From the IMG/VR virus record IMGVR_UViG_3300012940_001080, positions 1 through 27,240 of that record: a stretch of DNA of 27,240 nt; one strand, 5' to 3'. This DNA comes from a virus. Lineage: Duplodnaviria > Caudoviricetes. The notes under the pieces were generated by a model. That model had not been told where the DNA came from. It did not search any database and saw nothing but the letters and a program-made list of their open reading frames with translations. Positions 17,597-26,058 of the stretch are shown one piece after another. Positions within the stretch are counted from its first letter, which is position 1. The number at the start of each line of letters is the position of its first letter. The translations under genes were made by a program, and so were the position numbers.

Positions 17597-17668
17597 GGAG
17601 TGATTCTATGTCAAACGGGTCGGGCAGCCGGGACGTGGCGCGCGTCCAAGACCTCGCCCAGAGAGGCG

Positions 17669-18004
17669 CTAGACCCAACGCACGGTGACGACGCGGTCGA
17701 AGCGTCCAATCTCGACGAGCTTGCCGGGCTGCAGGACGTGCGCGTACTCGACGAGGACGTCGTCGCCTTCCTTCAGCTTCGTCATGTCGGCGCCTGAGGG
17801 TAGGTAGATCACGGCGTCGGCCTCGCGAAGCTCGTCCCCCTGGCTGGAGCGGCGGAGGCGGCAGGTGTCGTCCTGGACGTCACAGGAGGTGCGAAGTATG
17901 GTGACGGTGGTATCGGAGAGCGCGGCCCCGGTGTCGGGGTCCTGCCCTCCTGGCGTCGTCCGGCTCACTGTCAGATAATCATCGTAAGGCAGAACGTCGA
18001 GCAT
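17669..18004 (-). CDS. Head closure (head-tail joining) protein
   Basis: 111 aa, beta-rich, with TVSRTTPGGQDPDTG...CDVQ...AVIYLP...LKEGDDVLV typical of gp16-like stoppers. Position follows the adaptor gene. Confidence 0.7.
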   Translation of the reverse strand: MLDVLPYDDYLTVSRTTPGGQDPDTGAALSDTTVTILRTSCDVQDDTCRLRRSSQGDELREADAVIYLPSGADMTKLKEGDDVLVEYAHVLQPGKLVEIGRFDRVVTVRWV

Positions 18005-18021
18005 CGCCTACGCGAGCATGA

Positions 18022-18393
18022 TTAAATCCTGTGTAGCGGCGTGCGCTCGTCATAGGGGCGGAGCAGGCGGCTCCAGCCGCGCGGGAGAGTGGGGATGGAT
18101 CGGTAGGTGACCGCCCGCTCGCCCCGCGAAGCGCTCTGCACGTAGGAAGTGGGGGCGGCCGCCAGGTGCTCGGCGACCGTAGCGATCGTGAGGACGAGTC
18201 GGCGGTGCAGGCCTTTGTCCATGAGCGCAGGATCGTCGTTCCAGCCCTTCAGTTTGATTGCTAAGCCGCCGGCCTGCTCCTCGGTGAAGGCGTCCACGAC
18301 GGCCGCTTCCGCCCGTTCTGCGAGGACCTCGACGTCTTCGCGGCTGCGCACGGCGGCAGGCAGCAGGTGGTAATGTTCTCCTGTGAAGATCAC
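18022..18393 (-). CDS. Head-tail adaptor/connector protein (gp15/gp6-like)
   Basis: Directly follows the capsid gene. Helical N-terminus, then VQSASRGERAVTY and RLLRPY motifs. The GTG at 18393 (after AGGGAAG) is preferred to the ATG at 18471, which lies inside a hairpin. Confidence 0.65.
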   Translation of the reverse strand: MIFTGEHYHLLPAAVRSREDVEVLAERAEAAVVDAFTEEQAGGLAIKLKGWNDDPALMDKGLHRRLVLTIATVAEHLAAAPTSYVQSASRGERAVTYRSIPTLPRGWSRLLRPYDERTPLHRI

Positions 18394-18413
18394 GGGGACT
18401 TCCCTGGTTATTC

Positions 18414-18475
18414 GCAGAGGGCCCCTGAACCACTCGGCGATGAAGTTTCGCCTCAACGGCTCAGGGGCCATCTGC
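18414..18475 (-). other. Long RNA hairpin after the major capsid gene
   Basis: Minus strand GCAGATGGCCCCTGAGCC pairs with GGTTCAGGGGCCCTCTGC (17/18 counting G-U), with an inner GGCGA/TCGCC stem. No U-tract. Confidence 0.6.
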
Positions 18476-18487
18476 TATCGAGTCGAG

Positions 18488-19312
18488 CTACGCTACCGCT
18501 ATACGGAGGTCACCGATTGCCTCGGGGCGGATCGTCTTGGCGCCGTAGACGTGCAGGCCGCGCACGAGGTCTGCGAACCGGTTCTCCGAGCGCATGGTCT
18601 CGATCTGGGAGATCGCGTCGGCGTAAGTGATTGCGCTCGTGTGTCCGAACATACAGTGGCGGTACTTCGGGCTCGTGCCGGTCTCCTTGAGAGCCGGGCT
18701 CACGAACACGTTGAAGCCCGCCAGTTGACCTACGAAACCTGCGCGGAGGGTCTGGTCGCCCATCTGCGTGTTGCGCGTGACGAGCACATCCTCGACGAGC
18801 TTGAGTTCGTCCGGGCCGATCACTACGAAGCGGCCCTCTTCCGGAACGCTCTGCTTGGTGAGACGGGCGCGGGCGTCGCGGATAGCCTCGACGAAGTCGG
18901 CAGCTTCGTAGCCCGAGGCCAGCGCGATCTGGTTGGCCGGGTCGGAGTCGGCATACTTGCCGAGCACGTAGGCATCGGCGGCTTGGATGAGAGCGTAGGC
19001 GTCTTCGGAGATGAATGCGTTCACGTACTTCGACGCGTTCTCGTTGTCGTGCATGTAGAACGCGAAGTAGTTGCCCTGGTCGGCTACGAGCAGGTTTTCA
19101 GATGCGTCAACTTCGTCGACCGTGATGTCGGTGTCGTTGGAGTACGGACGGATCGTGGTGCCCAGCGGGCGGATGATCTTCACCGTGTCGCCTACGTTGA
19201 CGAGTTCACCTTCGTAGTTGCGGTTCACAATGGAGCTGATGACTAGGTTCTGCCTGAACTTGAGGTTGAGTTCGGCAGCTACCACCGTCGCGTTGAATGC
19301 GGTCTTGGCCAT
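18488..19312 (-). CDS. Major capsid protein (HK97 fold, P22-coat-like family)
   Basis: 274 aa. Motifs VNRNYEGEL...GDTVKI, DQGNYFAF, VPEEGRFVVIGP, VGQLAGFNVFVS and FADLVRGLHVYGAKTIRPEA. Follows the scaffold gene. Confidence 0.92.
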   Translation of the reverse strand: MAKTAFNATVVAAELNLKFRQNLVISSIVNRNYEGELVNVGDTVKIIRPLGTTIRPYSNDTDITVDEVDASENLLVADQGNYFAFYMHDNENASKYVNAFISEDAYALIQAADAYVLGKYADSDPANQIALASGYEAADFVEAIRDARARLTKQSVPEEGRFVVIGPDELKLVEDVLVTRNTQMGDQTLRAGFVGQLAGFNVFVSPALKETGTSPKYRHCMFGHTSAITYADAISQIETMRSENRFADLVRGLHVYGAKTIRPEAIGDLRIAVA

Positions 19313-19406
19313 GCGTGTGTGTCTAGGAGGTGCAGGTTAGGAAGTGTGGCGAGCGCTTGCCCGCTGCTGTGTTTTAGGGCGCGTCCGTGGACGTGTAAGT
19401 CGTCCA

Positions 19407-20138
19407 CTAGACCTGAATCCGGCCCTCGTTCTGGGCGGCCAGGATGTCTTCTCGGTGCTTGGCGTACTCATCGGGATCTCTGGCAATGCGCTCTATCTCG
19501 GCCTGCGTCCAGATGCGCTTGCCGGTGGAAGAGACGTTCTGAAGCCCGCTGCCGGTCATCTTGGAGGAGGCGAACCAGTCGGGTGCCGACTGCCGCATCT
19601 CTTCAACAAGCTCCTTCGCTCCCGCTAGACGGCCGTCGGAGGTGTAGCGGAAGCCGTCCTTCTCCTTGATCGCCCACTGGCCCGTCTCCTCGTCGAGGGC
19701 GAGCCGGGAGGCCGCCTCGCGTAGGAACGCGTCCCTGAGGGTTGGCTTGACGCCGTCGGCGTACTTGAGGATCTCGTTCTCGCGCTGGGCCATGCGGAGG
19801 CTCTCGATCGTCTTCATCGATTCTTCAAGCTGGGTTCGGACGGGATTGAGGTGCTGGGCCTGCCAGCGCTGCTCCATCTCCTTGATGTCCTTCGGGCTGC
19901 CCTTCACGCTGCCGTCGTCGCGAAGCTCGATGCCTTTTGCTTCGAGGATCTCGCGGACGAAGGCTTCATCGCTGGCGAGCTCGGCGCGGGCGTTCTTCTT
20001 GGCGCTCGCTACGCGGCGCTGGACTTCCTTCGAGAGGTGGTCGGCCGTCACGAAGCCCTTGGGAACCTCGTTCTCGCCGAAGGTGATGTCGTCGATCGAG
20101 ACTTCGTGTTCTTCGCCGTTTATGAGTACTCTTGCCAT
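19407..20138 (-). CDS. Capsid scaffolding protein
   Basis: 243 aa, charged coiled coil, ending in PDWF...GSG...WTQAEI...PDEYAKHREDILAAQNEGRI. Between the portal and capsid genes. Confidence 0.8.
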   Translation of the reverse strand: MARVLINGEEHEVSIDDITFGENEVPKGFVTADHLSKEVQRRVASAKKNARAELASDEAFVREILEAKGIELRDDGSVKGSPKDIKEMEQRWQAQHLNPVRTQLEESMKTIESLRMAQRENEILKYADGVKPTLRDAFLREAASRLALDEETGQWAIKEKDGFRYTSDGRLAGAKELVEEMRQSAPDWFASSKMTGSGLQNVSSTGKRIWTQAEIERIARDPDEYAKHREDILAAQNEGRIQV

Positions 20139-20367
20139 GCTTGCTCGTCCTATTTGATGGCCTTAACGGCCCTTAGCGCCGGATGGGAGGCGCTGGGTGA
20201 CTAGTGGCGACGTGTTATCGCCTTCCACAGTGATCTTAGGCTCACCGGAGTGCCTGCGTAGGACCCCATGGCGATCCGCAGGGGTACGTGTCAGGATCGC
20301 CATACTGTTCGAGTGGGGCGCGTCGGTATTGTACAAGTGTTCTGCGCTGGGCTCAGAGCGTGCGACG

Positions 20368-21579
20368 TCACGCCGTCTGGGGCATCTCTATCGAGACCTG
20401 GGAGTAATCCACCCCGCTCCAGTCCGCAGTGAGGCTGCTCCAGTCGGACAGGCGGTCCGAGAGCGACTGCGCCAGGAGCCACAGGACGTTCGATTCGATC
20501 TCCTCCATCGTCGCTGCGATCATGGAGAGCGCCGAGGAGAGACCTGCCGAGCGCTCAAGGGCAACCTGCGTGGCGGTCTTCTGGACTTGGCCCTCAGCCG
20601 AGATAAGGTCCCAGGCATGGCGGTAGAAATCCGCCTGCTTATCGCGAAGCGTCGAACCTGCCACTTCGATACCGCCAGTCGGCGGCGCGATGTAGCTGTG
20701 GTCGCCATACTCTTCGAGCCGCTGCAGCACGTTCGAGCCCTTCTTGAGGCCTTCGGCCTGCTCGATGAAGTGGTCGTCGTCGCCTGAGATGACGAGTTTC
20801 GGGTAGCTTGCCGATCTGAGCAGGGAGTCTCGATCAGATTCCATGTTGTAGAGCACGCGGGCGCTCTCGGCCAGCATGTAGGCGACGTAGCGGCGCCAGG
20901 GGAGCGCGACTCGGACGAGGGGAGGGATGGCGGCTCCGGTGCGGTCGACATACATTCGGCCGGACTCTGAGTACCGCCCGGAAGAGACGGCTACGGCCGC
21001 GCCTTTGTCTTCCCGGTAGCGCGTCCAGCCCTCCGGTTCGTAGAGCACGAACTGATCGATCGTCTCGGGCTCTTCTGTGATCGACGTTCGCGTGTCGACG
21101 ACCTCTCTCACGAGCGCACTCTCGATCCTCCCGTTCCGTTCGAGATAGTTGGGCACCGAGAGAGGGGAGAGCGTTCGGACCTGCTCCCCATCGATCAGCA
21201 GGAAGATCTCGTTGTAGAGCAGGAGGTCGATTGCTGTGCGGCGCAGCATCGTGCCGTAGTTGAGCCCGCCGCCGGTGTCACGACTGAGGCGGTAGGCCTC
21301 GGTGCCGGGCGTGTCCGGGTCGCCGAGGAAGCCCCAGCTGCGCACCACGTCAGACTCACGTTCGAAGAGTACGCCGGCCAGCGTGTCGATGACAGTGGAG
21401 ACGTAGGGGACGAACTGGGCCAGCCGCGCGCGCTCCTCGAAGCTCGTGCTGGACTCGCCTTGCTCGTGGCGGACGAGGTAGGAGGCGGCGCCCTCGCCAG
21501 TATAGAACGTCTTGCATAGCTGCCAGCGGGCCTCGGTCGCTGCGACGTGCGGGTGGCGGTACTTCAGGAAGCTGGGCAA
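20368..21579 (-). CDS. Portal protein (DUF4055-like)
   Basis: 403 aa directly after TerL. N-terminal HP......RW.....Y.G....YL....ES...FEER..LA pattern and a late KTATQ motif. Confidence 0.85.
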   Translation of the reverse strand: MPSFLKYRHPHVAATEARWQLCKTFYTGEGAASYLVRHEQGESSTSFEERARLAQFVPYVSTVIDTLAGVLFERESDVVRSWGFLGDPDTPGTEAYRLSRDTGGGLNYGTMLRRTAIDLLLYNEIFLLIDGEQVRTLSPLSVPNYLERNGRIESALVREVVDTRTSITEEPETIDQFVLYEPEGWTRYREDKGAAVAVSSGRYSESGRMYVDRTGAAIPPLVRVALPWRRYVAYMLAESARVLYNMESDRDSLLRSASYPKLVISGDDDHFIEQAEGLKKGSNVLQRLEEYGDHSYIAPPTGGIEVAGSTLRDKQADFYRHAWDLISAEGQVQKTATQVALERSAGLSSALSMIAATMEEIESNVLWLLAQSLSDRLSDWSSLTADWSGVDYSQVSIEMPQTA

Positions 21580-21589
21580 TGGGGTGAGC

Positions 21590-22993
21590 CTATATCAAAG
21601 CCGTCATGCCACTTGAGTGTGGCCTATTTCCAAGCATGAGTTCAGTGATGGCCCAGACGAGGGCGTCGAGCCGGTTCGGCGAGGCCTCGCCCGGCGTCCA
21701 GGAGGTCATTTCCGTCTCGAGCTCCGGGTAGGCGCCCGCGTGGCGGACCCTCTGCTGCTCGTAGAGCGCGGCGACGGGCTCGGCGCGGAGGAGCTTGCCG
21801 CGTGAAGCCGTAACCTTCCGATAGGAGACAGAGCGGTCGACGGCGCGGATGGTGTTCTCGACCATATCTCCGCCGAAGTTGGCTTCAGCGATGACACGGT
21901 CAGCTTCGTGGTCGTGATAGGCTCGGACGGCGATCGCCGCCCACTCGGCCGGTGAGGCTTGGGCAGAGTGGTCGGAGAGGACATATCCCAGGCCGTCGTG
22001 GCCAAGTCCGGCTACGACGATGCCACACTCGTCGCCGGCGGCCGTGCCGGAGGGGTCCACGGCCACTACGACGCGCTTCATCGGCGGTAGATCAGTGGGG
22101 CGGACGCGGAGCCCTTCGATCTGCGAGAGCTTCCAGAGCGCTCCCTCTACGTCTTCCAGAAGCTCTGCTTCAAGCTCCTGGCGTCCAAGTCGGGTGCCGG
22201 CGTAGCGGTCCTCTATTGCCTTGAGAAAGGCCGGAGCGAGGTTGCTCCGGTTTTCGTACGTCGAGCCGGTGGTGAGCACCACCGTAGGGTCGTTTTCGTC
22301 CCGGCCGCGCCTGACCAGTTCCTTTATGAGCGCGATCGGGCGAGGCGTTGTCGTGATGAGGCATTGGGGACGGTCGCCGAGCCGGAGCCCGAACTGGAGC
22401 TGGTCATAGGTTTCGCCGACGTACTTCCACTTGGCCAGCTCGTCGCACCATGCGTAGTGGTGCTGAGGTCCACGCAGGCTATCCGGTTCCTCGGCGGAGT
22501 AGGTGGTCGCCACCGCGCCATTTGGCCAGGTCAGGCGGCGCTTTGATGGCTCGTATGTGGGCCGGAACCAGGGTGGGCTGCACGTAAGGATGCCGCTCTC
22601 CCCCTCTACCATCACGTCACGGCAATCGGCGGCGGTGGTGCCGACTAACGCGAGGCGGACAGGGCCAGTGCGTGCCTTCTCAATGGCCCACTCAGATGCC
22701 AAGCGGGTCTTGCCGAAACCGCGCCCCGCCGTCACGAGCCAAGTATCCCAGGCGCCTTCGGGGGCGAGTTGCTTCTCCCTGGCCATGAACCGCCACTCCC
22801 AGCGCAACTTCTGGATCACCTCAGGCGGCAGCTCGGCCAGAAGCTCGCCCCGCTTCTCGACCGGCACAGACGCGAGCAGGCTACGGAGCTCGGCGACGAA
22901 ACCGAACCACTCCACGGACCGGCGACTGTCTGATGTCGGTTGCGTGTTAATTTGACCCGTGCTTACCATGTGTCCGGCGCGACCAACTTTCAC
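21590..22993 (-). CDS. terL: Terminase large subunit (Terminase_6-type)
   Basis: Walker A AGRGFGKT, then LRGPQ, Walker B WCDELAKW, coupling motif ITTTP, and nuclease motifs VVAVDPS and SPNRLDALVWA. The true start may be 8-35 codons downstream. Confidence 0.95.
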   Translation of the reverse strand: MKVGRAGHMVSTGQINTQPTSDSRRSVEWFGFVAELRSLLASVPVEKRGELLAELPPEVIQKLRWEWRFMAREKQLAPEGAWDTWLVTAGRGFGKTRLASEWAIEKARTGPVRLALVGTTAADCRDVMVEGESGILTCSPPWFRPTYEPSKRRLTWPNGAVATTYSAEEPDSLRGPQHHYAWCDELAKWKYVGETYDQLQFGLRLGDRPQCLITTTPRPIALIKELVRRGRDENDPTVVLTTGSTYENRSNLAPAFLKAIEDRYAGTRLGRQELEAELLEDVEGALWKLSQIEGLRVRPTDLPPMKRVVVAVDPSGTAAGDECGIVVAGLGHDGLGYVLSDHSAQASPAEWAAIAVRAYHDHEADRVIAEANFGGDMVENTIRAVDRSVSYRKVTASRGKLLRAEPVAALYEQQRVRHAGAYPELETEMTSWTPGEASPNRLDALVWAITELMLGNRPHSSGMTALI

Positions 22994-23004
22994 GGTGAGG
23001 GGCT

Positions 23005-23301
23005 ATGACTGATTTTGATCGACTTGCCAGTGCGTTTGAGGCCTGCGGCGTCGATTTCACCCGCTTGGTGATAGACGAGAGCGTTGTGAATGCAATCGCC
23101 CGGGGACATCGTCCACCCAAGGGGGCGCGGCAGTGCCTTATGCTTGGAACGATGCTGCTCGTCTTCGACGAATCGGGCACGTACACAGGGCGGCTCGTCG
23201 AATGGCCCTTTGCAGATCCGAAGGAGCAGTGGACGTTTCACCGGCGGCAGCACCCTCCCCGCACCTCAACACCGGCTACAGGCTCTGAGCCCGCTTCGTG
23301 A
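23005..23301 (+). CDS. Small hypothetical protein on the opposite strand between terS and terL (moron-like)
   Basis: 98 aa with a good RBS (GAGGGG) before the ATG. Natural-looking sequence (MTDFDRLASAFEACGVDF...LLVFDESGTY) that fills the terS-terL gap. Candidate promoter TTGCGT-N18-TACCAT at 22940-22969. Confidence 0.6.
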   Translation: MTDFDRLASAFEACGVDFTRLVIDESVVNAIARGHRPPKGARQCLMLGTMLLVFDESGTYTGRLVEWPFADPKEQWTFHRRQHPPRTSTPATGSEPAS

Positions 23302-23737
23302 GCGCTTCGAGGGCCGCCTCGAGCGTTGCGGATTCGATGTTGAGCTCTCCTTCGTGCTTGACTTCCTGGCGCTGCGTCGGCTTACCCAAGTAGCGGTCGA
23401 GCGCGTCCCGAGTGGCCGTGAGGGCGACGCTCTCATCGGATGAGCCAACGAGTTCGTCAAGGCGCATGGCCGCTTTCGTTGCCGCAGATTCTATCATGGT
23501 GAGAATGCCCAGCAGCCGCTGATCCATCAGCGCACGGGCCGCCTCCTCGACGACGGCCGGCCAAGCATAGGCCGTTCGCGGCGAGATGCCCAGCGACTTG
23601 GCTGCCGACTTAATCGAGGGGTGCTCTTGCCGGGCAATTACGTAGCGGCGCTGCGTCAGGCTCAGGGAGGCCCACATCCGTTTGAACTCGTCGGAAGAGA
23701 CCGCCTGGGTTACGGATGTTGACGAAGACTGATCCAT
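23276..23737 (-). CDS. terS: Terminase small subunit
   Basis: 153 aa with an HTH (SIKSAAKSLGISPRTAYAW), a helical oligomerisation region and LDRYLGKPTQRQEVKHEG. Upstream of terL. Confidence 0.75.
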   Translation of the reverse strand: MDQSSSTSVTQAVSSDEFKRMWASLSLTQRRYVIARQEHPSIKSAAKSLGISPRTAYAWPAVVEEAARALMDQRLLGILTMIESAATKAAMRLDELVGSSDESVALTATRDALDRYLGKPTQRQEVKHEGELNIESATLEAALEALTKRAQSL

Positions 23738-23958
23738 TCGAGTGGGGTAATATCAGAGTGGGGTAGATGTAGGTGCAGCGGCTGCGGACGGTCCAGCCGG
23801 GGGGCTGTTCTGGCCCGGGTTCATCGTCATCGTGGCTGAACCGCCCGCGTGACGGCAGGACGCCATCATGAGGCGGGTAGGTTGAGACCGCAGGCGACAC
23901 CGCATCGCCAGAGAGGTCTCGCCGCTGCACGCGGATCGCCCTTCCGCTCATCTCTATT

Positions 23959-24642
23959 CTACAGGTCTCGGGCAATGAGCTCTTTCCAGACCGCCCTTAG
24001 CTGCGGGTTGTCTCGGGTAAAGGACTCCGCCCATCGCTCCCAGTCCAGGTAGCATTCGACGTCGCCCATGAACAGAGCTTCCGGCTCTTCTTCGTTTGGG
24101 AGGGACGACTCATGTGCTGATGCAAGCTTGATCGCAGCGAAGGTCTTCGATGGCAAGTCGATGCAGACGAACGAGATGAGCTTCGCCCCACGGTCTGGAT
24201 CGTAAGCGGAGAGCGTCTGCAGGAACAGCTCGTAGCTGCCTGCGAGGCTGTCCTCTAAGGACGGCGGGTGGTAGATCGTTTCCCCGTCGTAGAAGGGGAA
24301 GCACCGGTGGGCATTGGCGACCAGCTTCACGACGAAGGCGACGAGCGCTGTGTAGAGCGTCCAGGCGGCCTCTCTTTCGAGTTCGGTCATGGGTGTGTTG
24401 TCGAAGCCGGCAGCTCGGCGCTGCCCGCTGAACCTCATGCGGGCACGTTCTCCTTCGTTTAGCTCACTACGGTCGTAGCGCTCGCGGACGGAGGCGAGGC
24501 GTGCCCACCAGGGACGCAGCCGCTCAATGCAGGCGCGTTCGATGGCCGCTGTGAGACGGGTTGGGGCCTCGTTAAGTGGGAGCCACGCAGGAGCGCGCCA
24601 GGCCTGCCTCACGAGGATAACGTGTCTGGCTATTGGGCTCAT
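23959..24642 (-). CDS. Sigma-70 region 2-like protein, probable late-gene regulator; lacks a complete region 4
   Basis: LVAFVVKLVAN...SLEDSLAGSYELFLQTLSAYDPDRGAKLISFV aligns by eye with the sigma region 2 consensus (LRLVVSIAKKY...LEDLIQEG..GL..AVEKFDPERG.KFSTYA). Located just upstream of terS. Confidence 0.6.
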   Translation of the reverse strand: MSPIARHVILVRQAWRAPAWLPLNEAPTRLTAAIERACIERLRPWWARLASVRERYDRSELNEGERARMRFSGQRRAAGFDNTPMTELEREAAWTLYTALVAFVVKLVANAHRCFPFYDGETIYHPPSLEDSLAGSYELFLQTLSAYDPDRGAKLISFVCIDLPSKTFAAIKLASAHESSLPNEEEPEALFMGDVECYLDWERWAESFTRDNPQLRAVWKELIARDL

Positions 24643-24926
24643 TCTTCGAGATGTCTCATGGCTGCAGCACGCGCGGCACGTTCAGCGCGTGCATTTGCTT
24701 CTTTGACGGCCTGCGGGCGTGTGCTACGAAGGTGGGGGATAAGCCCTTGGCGGCGCAGCCGACTGAGTCGCTTTGGGAGCTCGGAGCGGGGGTCTATGCC
24801 GCACTGGATCGCGGCGTATATGAGGCAGTCGAGCGCCTGACCAACGCCTTTCCGGCCATAGCTGGTCAAGCCTGTGAGGATAGCTTCTGCGAGCTCGACG
24901 AGTTCAACATGATGCTCTGGATGCAT
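24639..24926 (-). CDS. Hypothetical protein
   Basis: 95 aa. Its stop overlaps the next start (ATGA), suggesting translational coupling. Confidence 0.55.
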   Translation of the reverse strand: MHPEHHVELVELAEAILTGLTSYGRKGVGQALDCLIYAAIQCGIDPRSELPKRLSRLRRQGLIPHLRSTRPQAVKEANARAERAARAAAMRHLEE

Positions 24927-24936
24927 ATCGTGGGTA

Positions 24937-25158
24937 CTAATGCTTCGGATTAGTTATGGCGTCAAGGCGCTCGCTGAGGTGTGCGCGGGCCTCTCTAAGT
25001 TGAGCAGTGGGGGAGGACGTGCCGCAGCAGCCGCAGCCGGGCGTTCCGAACGCTGCGCGGCCCCGGCGCGTCCGACCCGAGAATACCTTCAGGCAGAGTT
25101 CGACCGCCTTCATCGCGACGATCAGTAGGAGTAAGAGTGTCGACACTGTGATGTCCAT
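24937..25158 (-). CDS. Small hypothetical membrane protein with a CGCC motif
   Basis: 73 aa with an N-terminal hydrophobic helix. Fits tightly between neighbouring minus-strand genes. Confidence 0.45.
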   Translation of the reverse strand: MDITVSTLLLLLIVAMKAVELCLKVFSGRTRRGRAAFGTPGCGCCGTSSPTAQLREARAHLSERLDAITNPKH

Positions 25159-25209
25159 CGATTAGTGGGGCTGGGAGGGCGGTCAGTGTTCGAGCCGCCC
25201 TCCCTTCCA

Positions 25210-26058
25210 TTAAGCCGCCTGCCGGAGAGGCTCGCTCGGCGTCCACGTGCCATCCGGTGCGCGGAAGTAACCGACCCAGATCCCTTCGTCCGTCCTCCGG
25301 TAGAAAAGCGACGGGTCGAAGACGAAGTCGGGCGGCACTTCGCGCGGGTCTGGGACGAATCCGTGGTCGCGGTAGAGCATGTTCGACATCGTGTGGTGGC
25401 TCACTCCGTAGCGGTCAGCCAGCTCTTGTATCGTGGACGACTTCTCGACGAAGTAGGCGAGTCGCGCCTGCCAGACCGCCTCGCGAGGGAGGGTCCGTGG
25501 GACCGAGCCGTCGAGAACGGCGTCCATCACGTTCTCGAGGTACGTACCGACCGCTAGGTGGTCTGGTCGGCAGCACAAGCGATTGCCGCACAGGTGGCGG
25601 ACGACCTGGCCGTCAGGGATTGGACCGACAAAGAGCTCGTGGGCGACGCGGTGGACCTGCACGGGGCGCCAGGCGCCGTTCTCGTCCGGTACGGAGATCA
25701 TGCCGTAGCCTGCCGACGAAGCGCCCTGCCACTGCCAGCAGTCTCCGCTTGGTCCGTGGCCGGGCTCTTTGTTCACGCGGCCCAACAGGCGGTCGTAGAG
25801 TTCGTCGTGGGTCTCCTTCGCTTGGGCCTTCCGGCCGCGGCTCGTATCAACGCCCAGCGACTTGAGCGCGCGAAGGACGGTGTTCGGGTGGATCTGGCGG
25901 CCGGTCGCAGCGCGGTACTTCTCGGCGATCTCGCGGGAGTTGAGACCTTGGGCGTAGTCGCGCGTCCAGTCGGGATATAAGTGGGTGAACAGGTCGCGGC
26001 GGGCCGGGCTGGCCTCCTCTGCCGCGGAAAGGGTGGTCGGGATGCCGCTGAGGGGCAT
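25210..26058 (-). CDS. HNH endonuclease (HNH_3-like) flanked by two HTH domains
   Basis: Nuclease core CWQWQGA...GYG...VHRVAHELFVGPIPDGQVVRHLCGNRLCCRPDHLAVGTYLENVMD. N-terminal HTH (NSREIAEKY...HPNTVLRALK) and C-terminal HTH (TIQELADRYGVSHHTMSNML). Confidence 0.88.
   Translation of the reverse strand: MPLSGIPTTLSAAEEASPARRDLFTHLYPDWTRDYAQGLNSREIAEKYRAATGRQIHPNTVLRALKSLGVDTSRGRKAQAKETHDELYDRLLGRVNKEPGHGPSGDCWQWQGASSAGYGMISVPDENGAWRPVQVHRVAHELFVGPIPDGQVVRHLCGNRLCCRPDHLAVGTYLENVMDAVLDGSVPRTLPREAVWQARLAYFVEKSSTIQELADRYGVSHHTMSNMLYRDHGFVPDPREVPPDFVFDPSLFYRRTDEGIWVGYFRAPDGTWTPSEPLRQAA

Larger units (their letters stand above)
1783..26058 (-). mobile_element. Prophage or phage-derived siphovirus-type head-tail module (boundaries not defined)
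   Basis: Co-oriented canonical order terS-terL-portal-scaffold-capsid-connectors-tail tube-chaperone-TMP-Tal-holin. No sheath gene. No att sites or integrase seen. Confidence 0.88.

Noticed and set aside
2348-20310. Shared 11-mer GAACAGTATGG upstream of the holin (2348-2358) and in the scaffold leader (20300-20310)
   Set aside because: Only two copies at different distances from the start codons, which is compatible with chance.
22990-23253. Minus-strand 87-aa ORF between terS and terL
   Set aside because: Less protein-like than the overlapping + strand ORF, which has an ATG start and a clear RBS.
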